Below, piece by piece: positions 6,674 through 15,449 of a DNA stretch of 26,006 nt. A program made the translations under genes and the position numbers. The notes beneath the pieces were generated by a model, which made no database searches, had not been told where the DNA came from, and saw only the letters and a program-made list of their open reading frames with translations. Positions within the stretch are counted from its first letter, which is position 1; every line of letters begins with the position of its first letter. Source of the stretch: a virus (Duplodnaviria; Caudoviricetes); the IMG/VR virus record IMGVR_UViG_3300042363_001649, positions 1 through 26,006 of that record; one strand, given 5' to 3'.

Positions 6674-6987
6674 TTCTTCTTAATAAAAATTAATAGGTCT
6701 ATTAATGCTTCCATAGCGGTTTGATGACCTTTTGTTTCAAGCATATCAGCAATATAATTCGTTAGAAGCGACTTAGATATAGTAGATTCTTCTTCTGCTT
6801 CATAAGGAATATCCACTGTAGGCATAGAGGGATTACCTTGACCAGGTTGCGTACCAGGTAGACCGTAATATGAAGTATCGCTTCTTACAGGTACCTTTTG
6901 ACCTCTAGCCATGATAGGAGGGTAAGTTATATCACCACCATACCCCTCAACATAGACATCTTGCAATTCTCTTAGAAAGCCACTCAT
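6670..6987 (-). CDS. Hypothetical protein
   Basis: 105-aa ORF; TAAATA 6 nt upstream on the - strand. Confidence 0.7.
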   Translation of the reverse strand: MSGFLRELQDVYVEGYGGDITYPPIMARGQKVPVRSDTSYYGLPGTQPGQGNPSMPTVDIPYEAEEESTISKSLLTNYIADMLETKGHQTAMEALIDLLIFIKKN

Positions 6988-7019
6988 TGATTATATTTAT
7001 TACTAGTATATAGTTAATT

Positions 7020-7454
7020 ATGGAAAAGAAGCAGGTTAGTTATGAATATATTTCGTTTATAGTGGATCTCTTAGAGCAGCGAGTATGTAAAGATTATGAC
7101 TTTATTGTAGGTGTAGGTCGTGGTGGGCTTATTCCTGCTACTATGCTAGCATATAAACTTAAAAAGAAAGTTATATCTTTCGGTATTAATACCTATAATG
7201 ATATGGTTCAAACCGACAAATATGTAATATATCAACCGATTCCAATTCCCACCAAACAATCAAAAATTCTAGTAGTAGACGATATCTGCGATACAGGGAA
7301 CACCTTTAATATTATTAGAGATATTTACTGTAAAGAAGAACACTTAGATATTGAGTTTGCTTCTTTATTTGTAAAAGATAGTAAGTCTCATCTTGTTGAT
7401 TATTACGGGCTCTCTGTTTCGGATGGTATCTGGTTGGATTTTCCGTGGGATTAA
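7020..7454 (+). CDS. Type I phosphoribosyltransferase (Gpt/xanthine-guanine PRTase-like)
   Basis: GVGRGGLIPA, PRPP-binding loop ILVVDDICDTGNT, C-terminal WLDFPWD; upstream TTGATT-16-TATAGT. Confidence 0.88.
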   Translation: MEKKQVSYEYISFIVDLLEQRVCKDYDFIVGVGRGGLIPATMLAYKLKKKVISFGINTYNDMVQTDKYVIYQPIPIPTKQSKILVVDDICDTGNTFNIIRDIYCKEEHLDIEFASLFVKDSKSHLVDYYGLSVSDGIWLDFPWD

Positions 7455-7469
7455 TTTACAATTTTAATT

Positions 7470-7823
7470 ATGGATCGAACTTTAATTTGTCTTATTTCTG
7501 GTAATAAGTATACATTTACTAAAGATTATTTTAGTAAAAAAATAGAAGAATATGGCAGTGCTGATGATCTTAAGAAATATTTTGTAACAAAAAAGGTAAG
7601 ATCGTTAATTGAACGTGGATATAGCGTTCAAGAAATCCGTAATATTTTAACTATTGTTGAAGATAATTTACCAGGGCCTGATTCGCAAGATATAAAAGAC
7701 ATAATGAACTACTACAGTATTCGAAAAGACGCTACAAAAAAAGCTGTATTAAACTTTGCTACTCATAAATCCGACCCAGACGTAGCTGTTTTGATAAATA
7801 ATATTAGAGATTTAAAACTATGA
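7470..7823 (+). CDS. Hypothetical protein
   Basis: 117-aa ORF in an operon context. Confidence 0.75.
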   Translation: MDRTLICLISGNKYTFTKDYFSKKIEEYGSADDLKKYFVTKKVRSLIERGYSVQEIRNILTIVEDNLPGPDSQDIKDIMNYYSIRKDATKKAVLNFATHKSDPDVAVLINNIRDLKL

Positions 7824-8047
7824 CAACAAAGAAATTTATACCACAAATCGGAAGTAATAATACTATTAAACTATATGACGCATCAACAGGTCAGCTTTAT
7901 AGAGTTATAAGTGTTGAAGGCCAGGTTATCTCTCAGCCTGTATGCTTAGAAAATGAGATGTATGTTACGGTAAAGCGTGGCGATCATACATCTGTTAAGT
8001 TTTATTCTCTACCTAATGGTGGACTCAAAAAAACTCAACCTCTTTAA
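7820..8047 (+). CDS. Hypothetical protein (75 aa, beta-rich)
   Basis: ATGA overlap with the previous gene. Confidence 0.7.
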   Translation: MTTKKFIPQIGSNNTIKLYDASTGQLYRVISVEGQVISQPVCLENEMYVTVKRGDHTSVKFYSLPNGGLKKTQPL

Positions 8048-8080
8048 TAGACATTCCAACCTATTAAATTAAATATCTCT

Positions 8081-9067
8081 ATGTCGAGGGAGTATAGTAT
8101 TTTTGAGGAACAGGTAAGTCGTAAACCAAATAGATACCCGTGGACTGAGAAGTTCATTGAGGCTATGCATAATGGTTTTTGGACAGATAAAGAGTTTAGC
8201 TTTAAATCTGATATACAGCAATTTAAGGTTGATCTTACAGATCAAGAGCGTGAGATCATCGTGCGCACTCTCTCTGCAATTGGTCAAATTGAAGTTGCGG
8301 TAAAGACATTCTGGGCTAAGTTAGGCGAGAATCTCCCTCACCCTAGTCTTCAAGATCTTGGTTATGTTATGGCTAATATTGAAGTAATTCATAATAGTGC
8401 ATATGAAAGGCTTCTTAGTATCTTAGATCTTGAAGATGTGTTTGAAGAGAATCTCAAGCTTGAGTGGATTCAAGGTAGGGTAAAATATCTCCGTAAGTAT
8501 ACTCATAAGTTTTATAAGGATTCAAAAAAGCAGTATCTTTACGCTTTAATTCTGTTTACATTATTTGTAGAAAACGTTTCACTCTTTTCGCAATTTTATA
8601 TTATTAACTGGTTTGCACGGTTTAAGAATGTTCTTAAAGATACAGATCAACAAGTAAAATATACTCGTAATGAGGAAAATATTCATGGACTTGTTGGTAT
8701 TCAAATCATTAATACTATTCGTGAAGAGCATCCTGAGCTATTTGATACGGAACTAGAAGAGCGAATAGCTCATGAAGCAGAAGAGGCATTTAAATCAGAA
8801 GCTAAAATTGTTGATTGGATGATTAACGGTATTAACGAGCCTGGTTTATCAGCACCTATTCTTAAAGAATTTATTAAAAATAGAATTAATGAATCTTTAG
8901 TTCAAATTAACTTTAAACCAGTTTTTGAAGTAGATAAAGATCTGTTAGAGTCTACCATATGGTTCGAGGAAGAGTTACTCGGTAATAATATGGCAGATTT
9001 CTTCCATACAAGACCCACTGAGTACTCTAAGAAGAATCAATCATTTGACGAAGACGATCTATTTTAA
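8081..9067 (+). CDS. nrdB: Ribonucleotide reductase beta subunit, class Id (NrdBi)-like
   Basis: Ferritin-like ligands E71, E101, H104, E164, E199, H202, plus Y108 and K75 (QIEVAVKTFW); C-terminal DFFHTRPTEYSK. Confidence 0.95.
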   Translation: MSREYSIFEEQVSRKPNRYPWTEKFIEAMHNGFWTDKEFSFKSDIQQFKVDLTDQEREIIVRTLSAIGQIEVAVKTFWAKLGENLPHPSLQDLGYVMANIEVIHNSAYERLLSILDLEDVFEENLKLEWIQGRVKYLRKYTHKFYKDSKKQYLYALILFTLFVENVSLFSQFYIINWFARFKNVLKDTDQQVKYTRNEENIHGLVGIQIINTIREEHPELFDTELEERIAHEAEEAFKSEAKIVDWMINGINEPGLSAPILKEFIKNRINESLVQINFKPVFEVDKDLLESTIWFEEELLGNNMADFFHTRPTEYSKKNQSFDEDDLF

Positions 9068-9072
9068 ATTTT

Positions 9073-10728
9073 ATGCGTGAATATAAGTGGCTTAATAAAG
9101 ACTCAAGAAAGTTCCTCGAAAGAGGTTATTTAGAAGAAGGTGAAACACCAGAACAGCGAATTCAAGATATTGCTGATAGAGCTCAGGCTCTATTAGACGA
9201 TATGCCAGGGTTTGCAGATAAATTTGTAGACTATATGTCTAAGGGATTTTATTCACTCTCTTCTCCTATTTGGTCAAACTTTGGTCGTAAAAGAGGCCTT
9301 CCTATCTCTTGCTTTGGTAGTTATATACCAGATGATATGGAACAAATCCTATATAAAATAGGTGAGGTAGGTACTATGTCAAAGGTTGGTGGAGGTACAT
9401 CAGCTTACTTCGGAGATGTCCGAGGACGTGGAGCTCCTATATCGTCAGGAGGAGCTGCTACAGGCGTGCATCACCAGCTTACAGTATTTGATTCACTCGT
9501 AAACTATGTATCTCAAGGTAATGTTCGCCGCGGCTCATTTGCGGCCTACTTACCCATCGATCATCCTGATATTGAAGAGTTTCTTAAGATTCGCTCAGAA
9601 GGTAATTCTATACAAGACCTCTCCATTGGTGTTTGTGTTCCAGACGAGTGGATGAAGAGCATGATTGAAGGAGATAAGGATAAGCGTAAGATTTGGAGCT
9701 CTGTTATTAAAAAGCGTTTCGAATCAGGCTACCCATACATCTTCTTTTCTGATAACGCTAATAATCAAGCTCCTCAAATGTATAAGGATAAAGGTCTTAA
9801 AATTCACGCCTCTAACCTTTGCACTGAAATCTTTCTTTCAAGTGGAGAGGATGAATCTTTTGTATGTGATTTGTCATCACTTAACCTTGAAAAATGGGAT
9901 GAAATTGCAGAAACAGACGCTGTAGAGACTCTTATATATTTTCTCGATGCAGTTATGTCGGAGTTCATTCTCAAGACAGGATCAGATGGTGATAGATTTA
10001 TGAGAGCACCTCGTAAGTTTGCAATTAATCAGCGCGCGCTCGGCGTGGGTGTTCTTGGCTGGCACTCGTTGCTACAATCAAAGATGGTACCGTTCGAGTC
10101 GATGGAAGCAAAGATGATGAACAATCAAATTTGGAGTGTTATTCGCGAGAAGGCAGACACTGCTACTGCAGACCTTGCAAAGATTTTTGGTGAACCGTTT
10201 ATGTTAGAGGGGTATGGTCGACGTAACTCAACTACGCTTGCAATTGCCCCTACTACAAGCAGCTCGTTTATTCTAGGTCAAGTATCGCCTAGTATAGAAC
10301 CTCTTAATAGTAATTACTTTGTAAAGGATCTCGCTAAGGGTAAGTTTACATATCGCAATCCATACTTAGAAAAGTTGCTTAAAGATAAAGGTAAAAACGA
10401 CCAGGAGACCTGGAAAGATATTCTCACCCATGGGGGATCTGTACAACATCTTGATTTTCTCTCACAAGAAGAAAAAGATACCTTTAAAACGTTCGGTGAG
10501 ATTTCTCAGAAGGAAATTGTTATTCAGGCAGCCCAGCGTCAAAAATATATTGATCAAGGCCAATCTCTTAACTTAATGATACCGCCTACTGCAAAGCCTA
10601 AAGATGTAAATGAGCTTCTTATTTTTGCGTGGGAGCAAGGTATTAAATCTCTTTACTATCAACGTAGTGCGAATCCTGCACAGGAGCTAGCACGCTCGAT
10701 TCTTACTTGCTCATCCTGTGAAGCATAA
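9073..10728 (+). CDS. nrdA: Ribonucleotide reductase alpha subunit (short, no ATP cone)
   Basis: PISCF, SQGNVRRG, SNLCTEI, LGVGVLG, AIAPTTSSS, KSLYYQRS and C-terminal CSSC. Confidence 0.95.
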   Translation: MREYKWLNKDSRKFLERGYLEEGETPEQRIQDIADRAQALLDDMPGFADKFVDYMSKGFYSLSSPIWSNFGRKRGLPISCFGSYIPDDMEQILYKIGEVGTMSKVGGGTSAYFGDVRGRGAPISSGGAATGVHHQLTVFDSLVNYVSQGNVRRGSFAAYLPIDHPDIEEFLKIRSEGNSIQDLSIGVCVPDEWMKSMIEGDKDKRKIWSSVIKKRFESGYPYIFFSDNANNQAPQMYKDKGLKIHASNLCTEIFLSSGEDESFVCDLSSLNLEKWDEIAETDAVETLIYFLDAVMSEFILKTGSDGDRFMRAPRKFAINQRALGVGVLGWHSLLQSKMVPFESMEAKMMNNQIWSVIREKADTATADLAKIFGEPFMLEGYGRRNSTTLAIAPTTSSSFILGQVSPSIEPLNSNYFVKDLAKGKFTYRNPYLEKLLKDKGKNDQETWKDILTHGGSVQHLDFLSQEEKDTFKTFGEISQKEIVIQAAQRQKYIDQGQSLNLMIPPTAKPKDVNELLIFAWEQGIKSLYYQRSANPAQELARSILTCSSCEA

Positions 10729-10738
10729 TTTTAATTTT

Positions 10739-11377
10739 ATGAAATGGAAATACACACTAAACGAAGAAGAAAAGGAAGAGAAGCAGCAACCACCTCAACA
10801 GATTTTCATAACGCCAAGTGCTAGTGGATCTTCCGGATCTGGTAATGTAAGGGTTGTTGAAAATACTATTTTCTTTTATGCTGATGTAACCGAAACAAGC
10901 GCTTTGGATCTTAATCAGGCGCTTTACGAAGTAGATGCAAAGTTAAAAAATACTAGTAACTTTCTCGGACCAGATTTCAGACCTCATATTAAGTTGCGTA
11001 TTAACTCTTATGGTGGATCTCTATTTGCTGGTCTCGCTATTCTCGATACTATTAGAAACCTTAAATCTGAAGTTCATACATATGTTGATGGTTCGGCAGC
11101 ATCTGCTGCTACTATTATTTCTATTGCAGGGGCAAAGAGATTCATAGGTAAAAACTCCATGATGCTTATTCATCAGCTATCTACCGGTACTTATGGTAAG
11201 TATTCAGAGCTAGAAGATGATATGGAAAACAATAAGCGTTTAATGAAGATGATCAAAGATATTTACAAACAGTATACTAAGGTACCAATGAAAAATATCG
11301 ATGAAATACTCAAGCATGATCTGTGGTTTGACTCAGCTAAATGTTTAGAGTTTGGTTTAGTAGATCAAGTTTTGTAA
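10739..11377 (+). CDS. clpP: ClpP-like serine protease
   Basis: INSYGGSLFAG, AASAAT (Ser), MLIHQ (His), HDLWF (Asp) and FGLVDQV; ATG at 10739 preferred over GTG at 10718. Confidence 0.88.
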   Translation: MKWKYTLNEEEKEEKQQPPQQIFITPSASGSSGSGNVRVVENTIFFYADVTETSALDLNQALYEVDAKLKNTSNFLGPDFRPHIKLRINSYGGSLFAGLAILDTIRNLKSEVHTYVDGSAASAATIISIAGAKRFIGKNSMMLIHQLSTGTYGKYSELEDDMENNKRLMKMIKDIYKQYTKVPMKNIDEILKHDLWFDSAKCLEFGLVDQVL

Positions 11378-12565
11378 TTATTCTGGCTTAGCTGTCTTAC
11401 TACTACCGCCCTGTACACCACCATGTACGTGGTTAACTAAAGATATACCAGCAGCAATAACATCTACATCAGCTGTTATTGTACCCTTACAGTATATATC
11501 TCCATATACTGTAAGGTCACCTCCTATTTCTACATTACCGCCTATAATAGTATTTTGATTGATATGCACATTTCCAGAAAACAACGATTCAGGACTATTT
11601 ACGTTAAAGTTGTTAGTAGTTGCTATTAAGGCTGCAGAGTTCATAAAAGTGGTACCAGATGAAACTAAATTAACCTGTGCACCACCTAGCCAAGATAAGC
11701 CTGATCCAACTAGCTTTACAGATCCTGCTCCCTCTACATTAAATCCTCCTGCTCCAGTTTTAATCATTACTCTATTTGAGCCACCTAGCGTTAACGAGCC
11801 AAATGGTATAGTAGAAGTAGTATCCTTTTCTTGATAGCTAGGAGCAGATGTATATTGAGGAATTGCCCTTTTACCCTTATCCTGCTCTCCGTCAATTTTA
11901 TAACCTTTAACAATTTTAGCTCCTACAGGGTTTATATAACCTGAATCCACAGTTACAGCCTTTGTACCAGCACTTAAGCTTAAATCCTTACCAGCAGCAA
12001 AAACAATATCTCCACCTTCGCCCATTTGTTTTTCTAATTGCGCTAATTTACTAGTTTTACTAGCCATTAGCTCTTTATAGTTCTGTCTACCTGGATTAAC
12101 AGGAAAGGACTTTCCTTCCGTAGATCCAGAATCAGGATCGGCACTCCCTCTCATTTCAAACTCCGTTTTTGAGTTATTTGTTTTACCGCCTTGGAAAGTA
12201 TACGGCGAACACCTGGCTGTAGCTAACTCACTTCTCTCTTTAACATAGTCAGTAAGTAGAGGATCATCTTTATCAAATAGCTTAGGAGAGCCAGAGGTTA
12301 TAGTAAGTGTACCTCCAGTTACAAGATAGTGATCACGTTTAGTATATGTGGTTCTATGACCTTGAGTATCATCAAAGTTATTTCCGTGAGTTTTGACCTG
12401 TAGATTGTTCGGATTAAACCAAGATGCTGCTTGCCCAGAGAAAGTTATATCATGCCCGTGCGATGAAGACATAGACATTGTTTCCTGTCCAAATGTATTA
12501 TTATACACTACAGATCCTGCTGAGTGTACATCTCCTGCTGAGCTTCTATATATATTTGCTGCCAT
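11378..12565 (-). CDS. Baseplate central spike, beta-helix and apex part
   Basis: Beta-helix-like repeats (GNVHINQNTIIGGNVEIGGDLTVYGDI) and C-terminal GISLVNHVHGGVQGGSSKT, the HxH metal-binding apex of P2 gpV-type spikes. Confidence 0.8.
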   Translation of the reverse strand: MAANIYRSSAGDVHSAGSVVYNNTFGQETMSMSSSHGHDITFSGQAASWFNPNNLQVKTHGNNFDDTQGHRTTYTKRDHYLVTGGTLTITSGSPKLFDKDDPLLTDYVKERSELATARCSPYTFQGGKTNNSKTEFEMRGSADPDSGSTEGKSFPVNPGRQNYKELMASKTSKLAQLEKQMGEGGDIVFAAGKDLSLSAGTKAVTVDSGYINPVGAKIVKGYKIDGEQDKGKRAIPQYTSAPSYQEKDTTSTIPFGSLTLGGSNRVMIKTGAGGFNVEGAGSVKLVGSGLSWLGGAQVNLVSSGTTFMNSAALIATTNNFNVNSPESLFSGNVHINQNTIIGGNVEIGGDLTVYGDIYCKGTITADVDVIAAGISLVNHVHGGVQGGSSKTAKPE

Positions 12566-12568
12566 ATT

Positions 12569-13423
12569 TTAAAATTTGAAAATTCGCTTACTTTCATAGT
12601 ATGCTGAAGGGTCTCCTGATGCTGCAGCTGCAGCATCAACTGCATTTGTATCAAATCTTGAAACACCATCATTATTAACCCTGCTAGAACCCATAGGAGC
12701 TCTTATAATACCCATCTCTTCTTTTGTAGCGTATTTCGGATCTATTGCTACTAGCTCACCTGCTGTAGGATCCTTTGTTGTTCCTGCTGTACCTGGACCT
12801 GTTCCAGGCTTACCGCCTGTAGTGTAGTTTTGTTCACTACCGGGAGCGCTTCCATACACTCTGCCGCGATTATAGAAGGACTCCTGCTCATCAGGAGTAT
12901 TTAGTTTTCCTAAAACTATAGGAAACGATCTATAACCTTTTAGAAACCCTATAATTACTCTAGAATTAATTTCAGGTATTCCATAACTACCTAAGCCGGT
13001 GTTCCAAGGATAATTAGGAAAGTAATTATTTCCGTAAGGGTTGTTTATAGGTGTGAGATGTTTCTTAGGTCCATCGCAATGAGAGTCTCTTAGCTTTTTA
13101 TGCATTAGTGTAAACTGCTTGGAAGCACAAGCTCTAGTAGCTGAGGTTTCGTTTTTAGATGCATTATATATACCTTGTGAACTTTCACCGGTTATAGGAG
13201 CCATTACATAAGCAAGTACCTCGCTCTTCATAGCTAGATCCATATCCAAAGCTCCATCAACGTTTGATGATGGTACAGCCTTGTAACTCTCATTTATTCT
13301 AGTTGGCGTTACACCATTGATTTTTACCAACACCTGACCAATAAAGCGATCATCACCACCGGTTCTTGGTTTACCAGTGTTGTCTATTACTATACCTGTA
13401 TATATTCCGTTTAAATTATCCAT
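12569..13423 (-). CDS. Baseplate hub/spike N-terminal OB-fold protein (gp5/Vgr N-terminal-like)
   Basis: GIYTGIVIDN, GQVLVKI and IPEINSRVIIGFLKG..FPIVLG match the gp5/gpV OB-fold pattern. Confidence 0.75.
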   Translation of the reverse strand: MDNLNGIYTGIVIDNTGKPRTGGDDRFIGQVLVKINGVTPTRINESYKAVPSSNVDGALDMDLAMKSEVLAYVMAPITGESSQGIYNASKNETSATRACASKQFTLMHKKLRDSHCDGPKKHLTPINNPYGNNYFPNYPWNTGLGSYGIPEINSRVIIGFLKGYRSFPIVLGKLNTPDEQESFYNRGRVYGSAPGSEQNYTTGGKPGTGPGTAGTTKDPTAGELVAIDPKYATKEEMGIIRAPMGSSRVNNDGVSRFDTNAVDAAAAASGDPSAYYESKRIFKF

Positions 13424-13424
13424 A

Positions 13425-14033
13425 CTACCAAAGGCTAACTGAGTTTACTTTAGCTGTTATATTATCGATTTTACTGGTTTCTTTACCTATCCATTTATCT
13501 ATTTGTTCGTCAAAAGAAAGAGTTTCTTCTACATTTACAAGAAGCTCATCTAACTTACCTCCGAAGCTTAATGCACCGTCAAGTTTACTAGATATCTGCG
13601 ACGATAAACCTTCAAGTAGCTTGCCAGCTACACACTTTAGTAATTCTGAAGCAGCAAATTTACAATTTTCTTCGTTTTTGAGCCACTCTACTAAATCTTT
13701 AGCTTCCTTTTCAACGTCATCTACAAAAGCTTTAGCTTCACCGAAAGCGCATAGTAGATCGGCCTGAAGCTGCAGAACCTTATTGACAACAGATGTAACA
13801 GCATTTTTTATGGTGCCTATTACAGAATCAACTAGCCCCATTAAGGCACCGCCTGCACCTGACATTAAGCCTGCAATACTATTAGCTGCAGACCCTCCAA
13901 TTGCGCCTAATACTCCAGGTATAGATGTAAGAAAAGACGGTAAACAAGCTATAATTTTTATAGCCGATGTTACCTGAGAGAGTTTCTCTTTTGCTGCGTC
14001 TATTAATCCGCCTACACTACCACATAAGCTCAT
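13425..14033 (-). CDS. Hypothetical alpha-helical protein, probably baseplate-associated
   Basis: 202 aa, co-oriented with and abutting the spike genes; TAAATA 7 nt upstream. Confidence 0.7.
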   Translation of the reverse strand: MSLCGSVGGLIDAAKEKLSQVTSAIKIIACLPSFLTSIPGVLGAIGGSAANSIAGLMSGAGGALMGLVDSVIGTIKNAVTSVVNKVLQLQADLLCAFGEAKAFVDDVEKEAKDLVEWLKNEENCKFAASELLKCVAGKLLEGLSSQISSKLDGALSFGGKLDELLVNVEETLSFDEQIDKWIGKETSKIDNITAKVNSVSLW

Positions 14034-14050
14034 ACACCTATATTTATCTC

Positions 14051-14080
14051 TTGAATTACCTATGGAACTACTATATAATA
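14051..14080 (+). promoter_or_regulatory. Promoter of the modification cluster: TTGAAT-17-TATAAT containing the GGAAC early motif
   Basis: TTGAAT 14051-14056; GGAACTACTATATAATA 14064-14080; ATG at 14086 with the same spacing as the early cassettes. Confidence 0.75.
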
Positions 14081-14085
14081 ACTTT

Positions 14086-14889
14086 ATGTTAGTATCGCAC
14101 GAAACTCCAATTAGCTTCTTAGATCAATCTAGAGCGTATAATGATTTTGACTATGCCTTAGTTCATCTTTTTGAAACACACCCTGAATATTACTCCTTCT
14201 TTAAGAGTAGCTTACTTCTAGGTCGCGAGGTTCTTCTTGATAATTCTATTTTCGAGCTGAAAGAAGCGTTCGACCCAGACCGGTATGCAAAGTATATTGA
14301 AGAGTTAAAGCCGACGTATTTCATTGTACCGGATGTCCTTGAAGATGCTGCTGCGACAGTTAATTCATATCTTAGTTTTAGAGAAAAATATTCACATCTA
14401 CCAGGTATGTGGATTGGTGCTGTGCAAGGTAAGAATTATGATCAAATCGTAGAGTGTTATAGAGTCATGTCTGGATTTGCAGACTATATTGCTATTTCGT
14501 TTGACTTTTCCTGGTATCAGGAAATTGGCTTATCGCAGAGTGCAGATCCTAATCTAAGAAAGCTTGAGCGTATGTGTGATGGTAGGCAGAAGCTTATTCA
14601 AATGCTTATTAAGGATGGTATTTGGAATCACAAGAAGCCTCACCACTTGCTTGGATGCTCCTTAGCTAAGGAATTCGCAGCTTATAAAGACATTCCAAGT
14701 ATTAGATCTTGCGATACTTCTAACCCTGTTGTTGCAGGCATTGTAGGTAAAACGTATATTAAGGATGTAGGTCTTAGAGAAAAGCCAAGTGTTCTTCTAG
14801 CTGATCTTATTGATCAACAACTCGATAGCCGACAGCAGCATGATATTTGGTACAACGTTAATGAATTTAAAGCTATCGTTGGGCGATGA
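14086..14889 (+). CDS. dpdA: TGT-fold 7-deazaguanine transglycosylase-like protein (DpdA family, probably DpdA3-like)
   Basis: TGT-like motifs in order: LLDNSIFEL, IVPDV, GAVQG, YIAIS, PHHLLG, SCDTSNP; no CxCxxC zinc motif; next to queF. Confidence 0.75.
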   Translation: MLVSHETPISFLDQSRAYNDFDYALVHLFETHPEYYSFFKSSLLLGREVLLDNSIFELKEAFDPDRYAKYIEELKPTYFIVPDVLEDAAATVNSYLSFREKYSHLPGMWIGAVQGKNYDQIVECYRVMSGFADYIAISFDFSWYQEIGLSQSADPNLRKLERMCDGRQKLIQMLIKDGIWNHKKPHHLLGCSLAKEFAAYKDIPSIRSCDTSNPVVAGIVGKTYIKDVGLREKPSVLLADLIDQQLDSRQQHDIWYNVNEFKAIVGR

Positions 14890-15449
14890 AGTGGGCAGCA
14901 TTATTCTCACAAACAGGTTCGGAGATTTGTAACCTATCAGAAAAGCTGGACTACTATCCAGATCTAGTTATATCTGATAATACCAACGAAGCAAATAAAG
15001 TTGATTCAAGAATCGAGCTTAATTGTAAAAAGCTTCTTTGGAGAAAATATAAGGGATTAACGAAAGAAGAAAAGATTGATTATTATAGAATACATTTACA
15101 AGGATATGATATCGTAACTCTTCATGGCTGGCTTAATATTGTACCAGCAGAAATATGTAACGAGTTTAAAATCTATAACGGTCACCCTGGTCTTATCAAC
15201 TATTACCCAGACTTAAAAGGTAAAGACCCACAAATTAGAGCATGGGAAAATATTTCGAATTATCAATTCGTAGGCAGTGTTATTCATAAAGTGACACCTG
15301 GTGTAGATGAGGGTCCTATTATTTGTTATAAGAAGGTAAGTTCGAATTGTTGTATTGGTTTAGATTCTACTTTCGGTATTTTAAAACACACATCGCTTGA
15401 TTCTTGGGTTGATTTCTTTAACAATAAACGATATAATATTATATGCTAA
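14886..15449 (+). CDS. dpdN: PurN-like formyltransferase (DpdN-like, putative preQ1 formyltransferase)
   Basis: ALFSQTGSEI, LHGWLNIVP, IYNGHPGL..YP.LKG and GSVIHKVTPGVDEGPII; ATGA-coupled to the dpdA-like gene. Confidence 0.75.
   Translation: MKWAALFSQTGSEICNLSEKLDYYPDLVISDNTNEANKVDSRIELNCKKLLWRKYKGLTKEEKIDYYRIHLQGYDIVTLHGWLNIVPAEICNEFKIYNGHPGLINYYPDLKGKDPQIRAWENISNYQFVGSVIHKVTPGVDEGPIICYKKVSSNCCIGLDSTFGILKHTSLDSWVDFFNNKRYNIIC

Noticed and set aside
5479-10728. Introns or inteins in thyX, nrdB or nrdA
   Set aside because: All three are uninterrupted and of compact length
14086-15449. Canonical tRNA-queuosine tgt and purine-biosynthesis purN auxiliary genes
   Set aside because: The TGT-like protein is short and lacks the zinc motif; the formyltransferase is coupled to it with no other pur genes nearby; DNA modification explains the cluster better, although tRNA activity is not excluded
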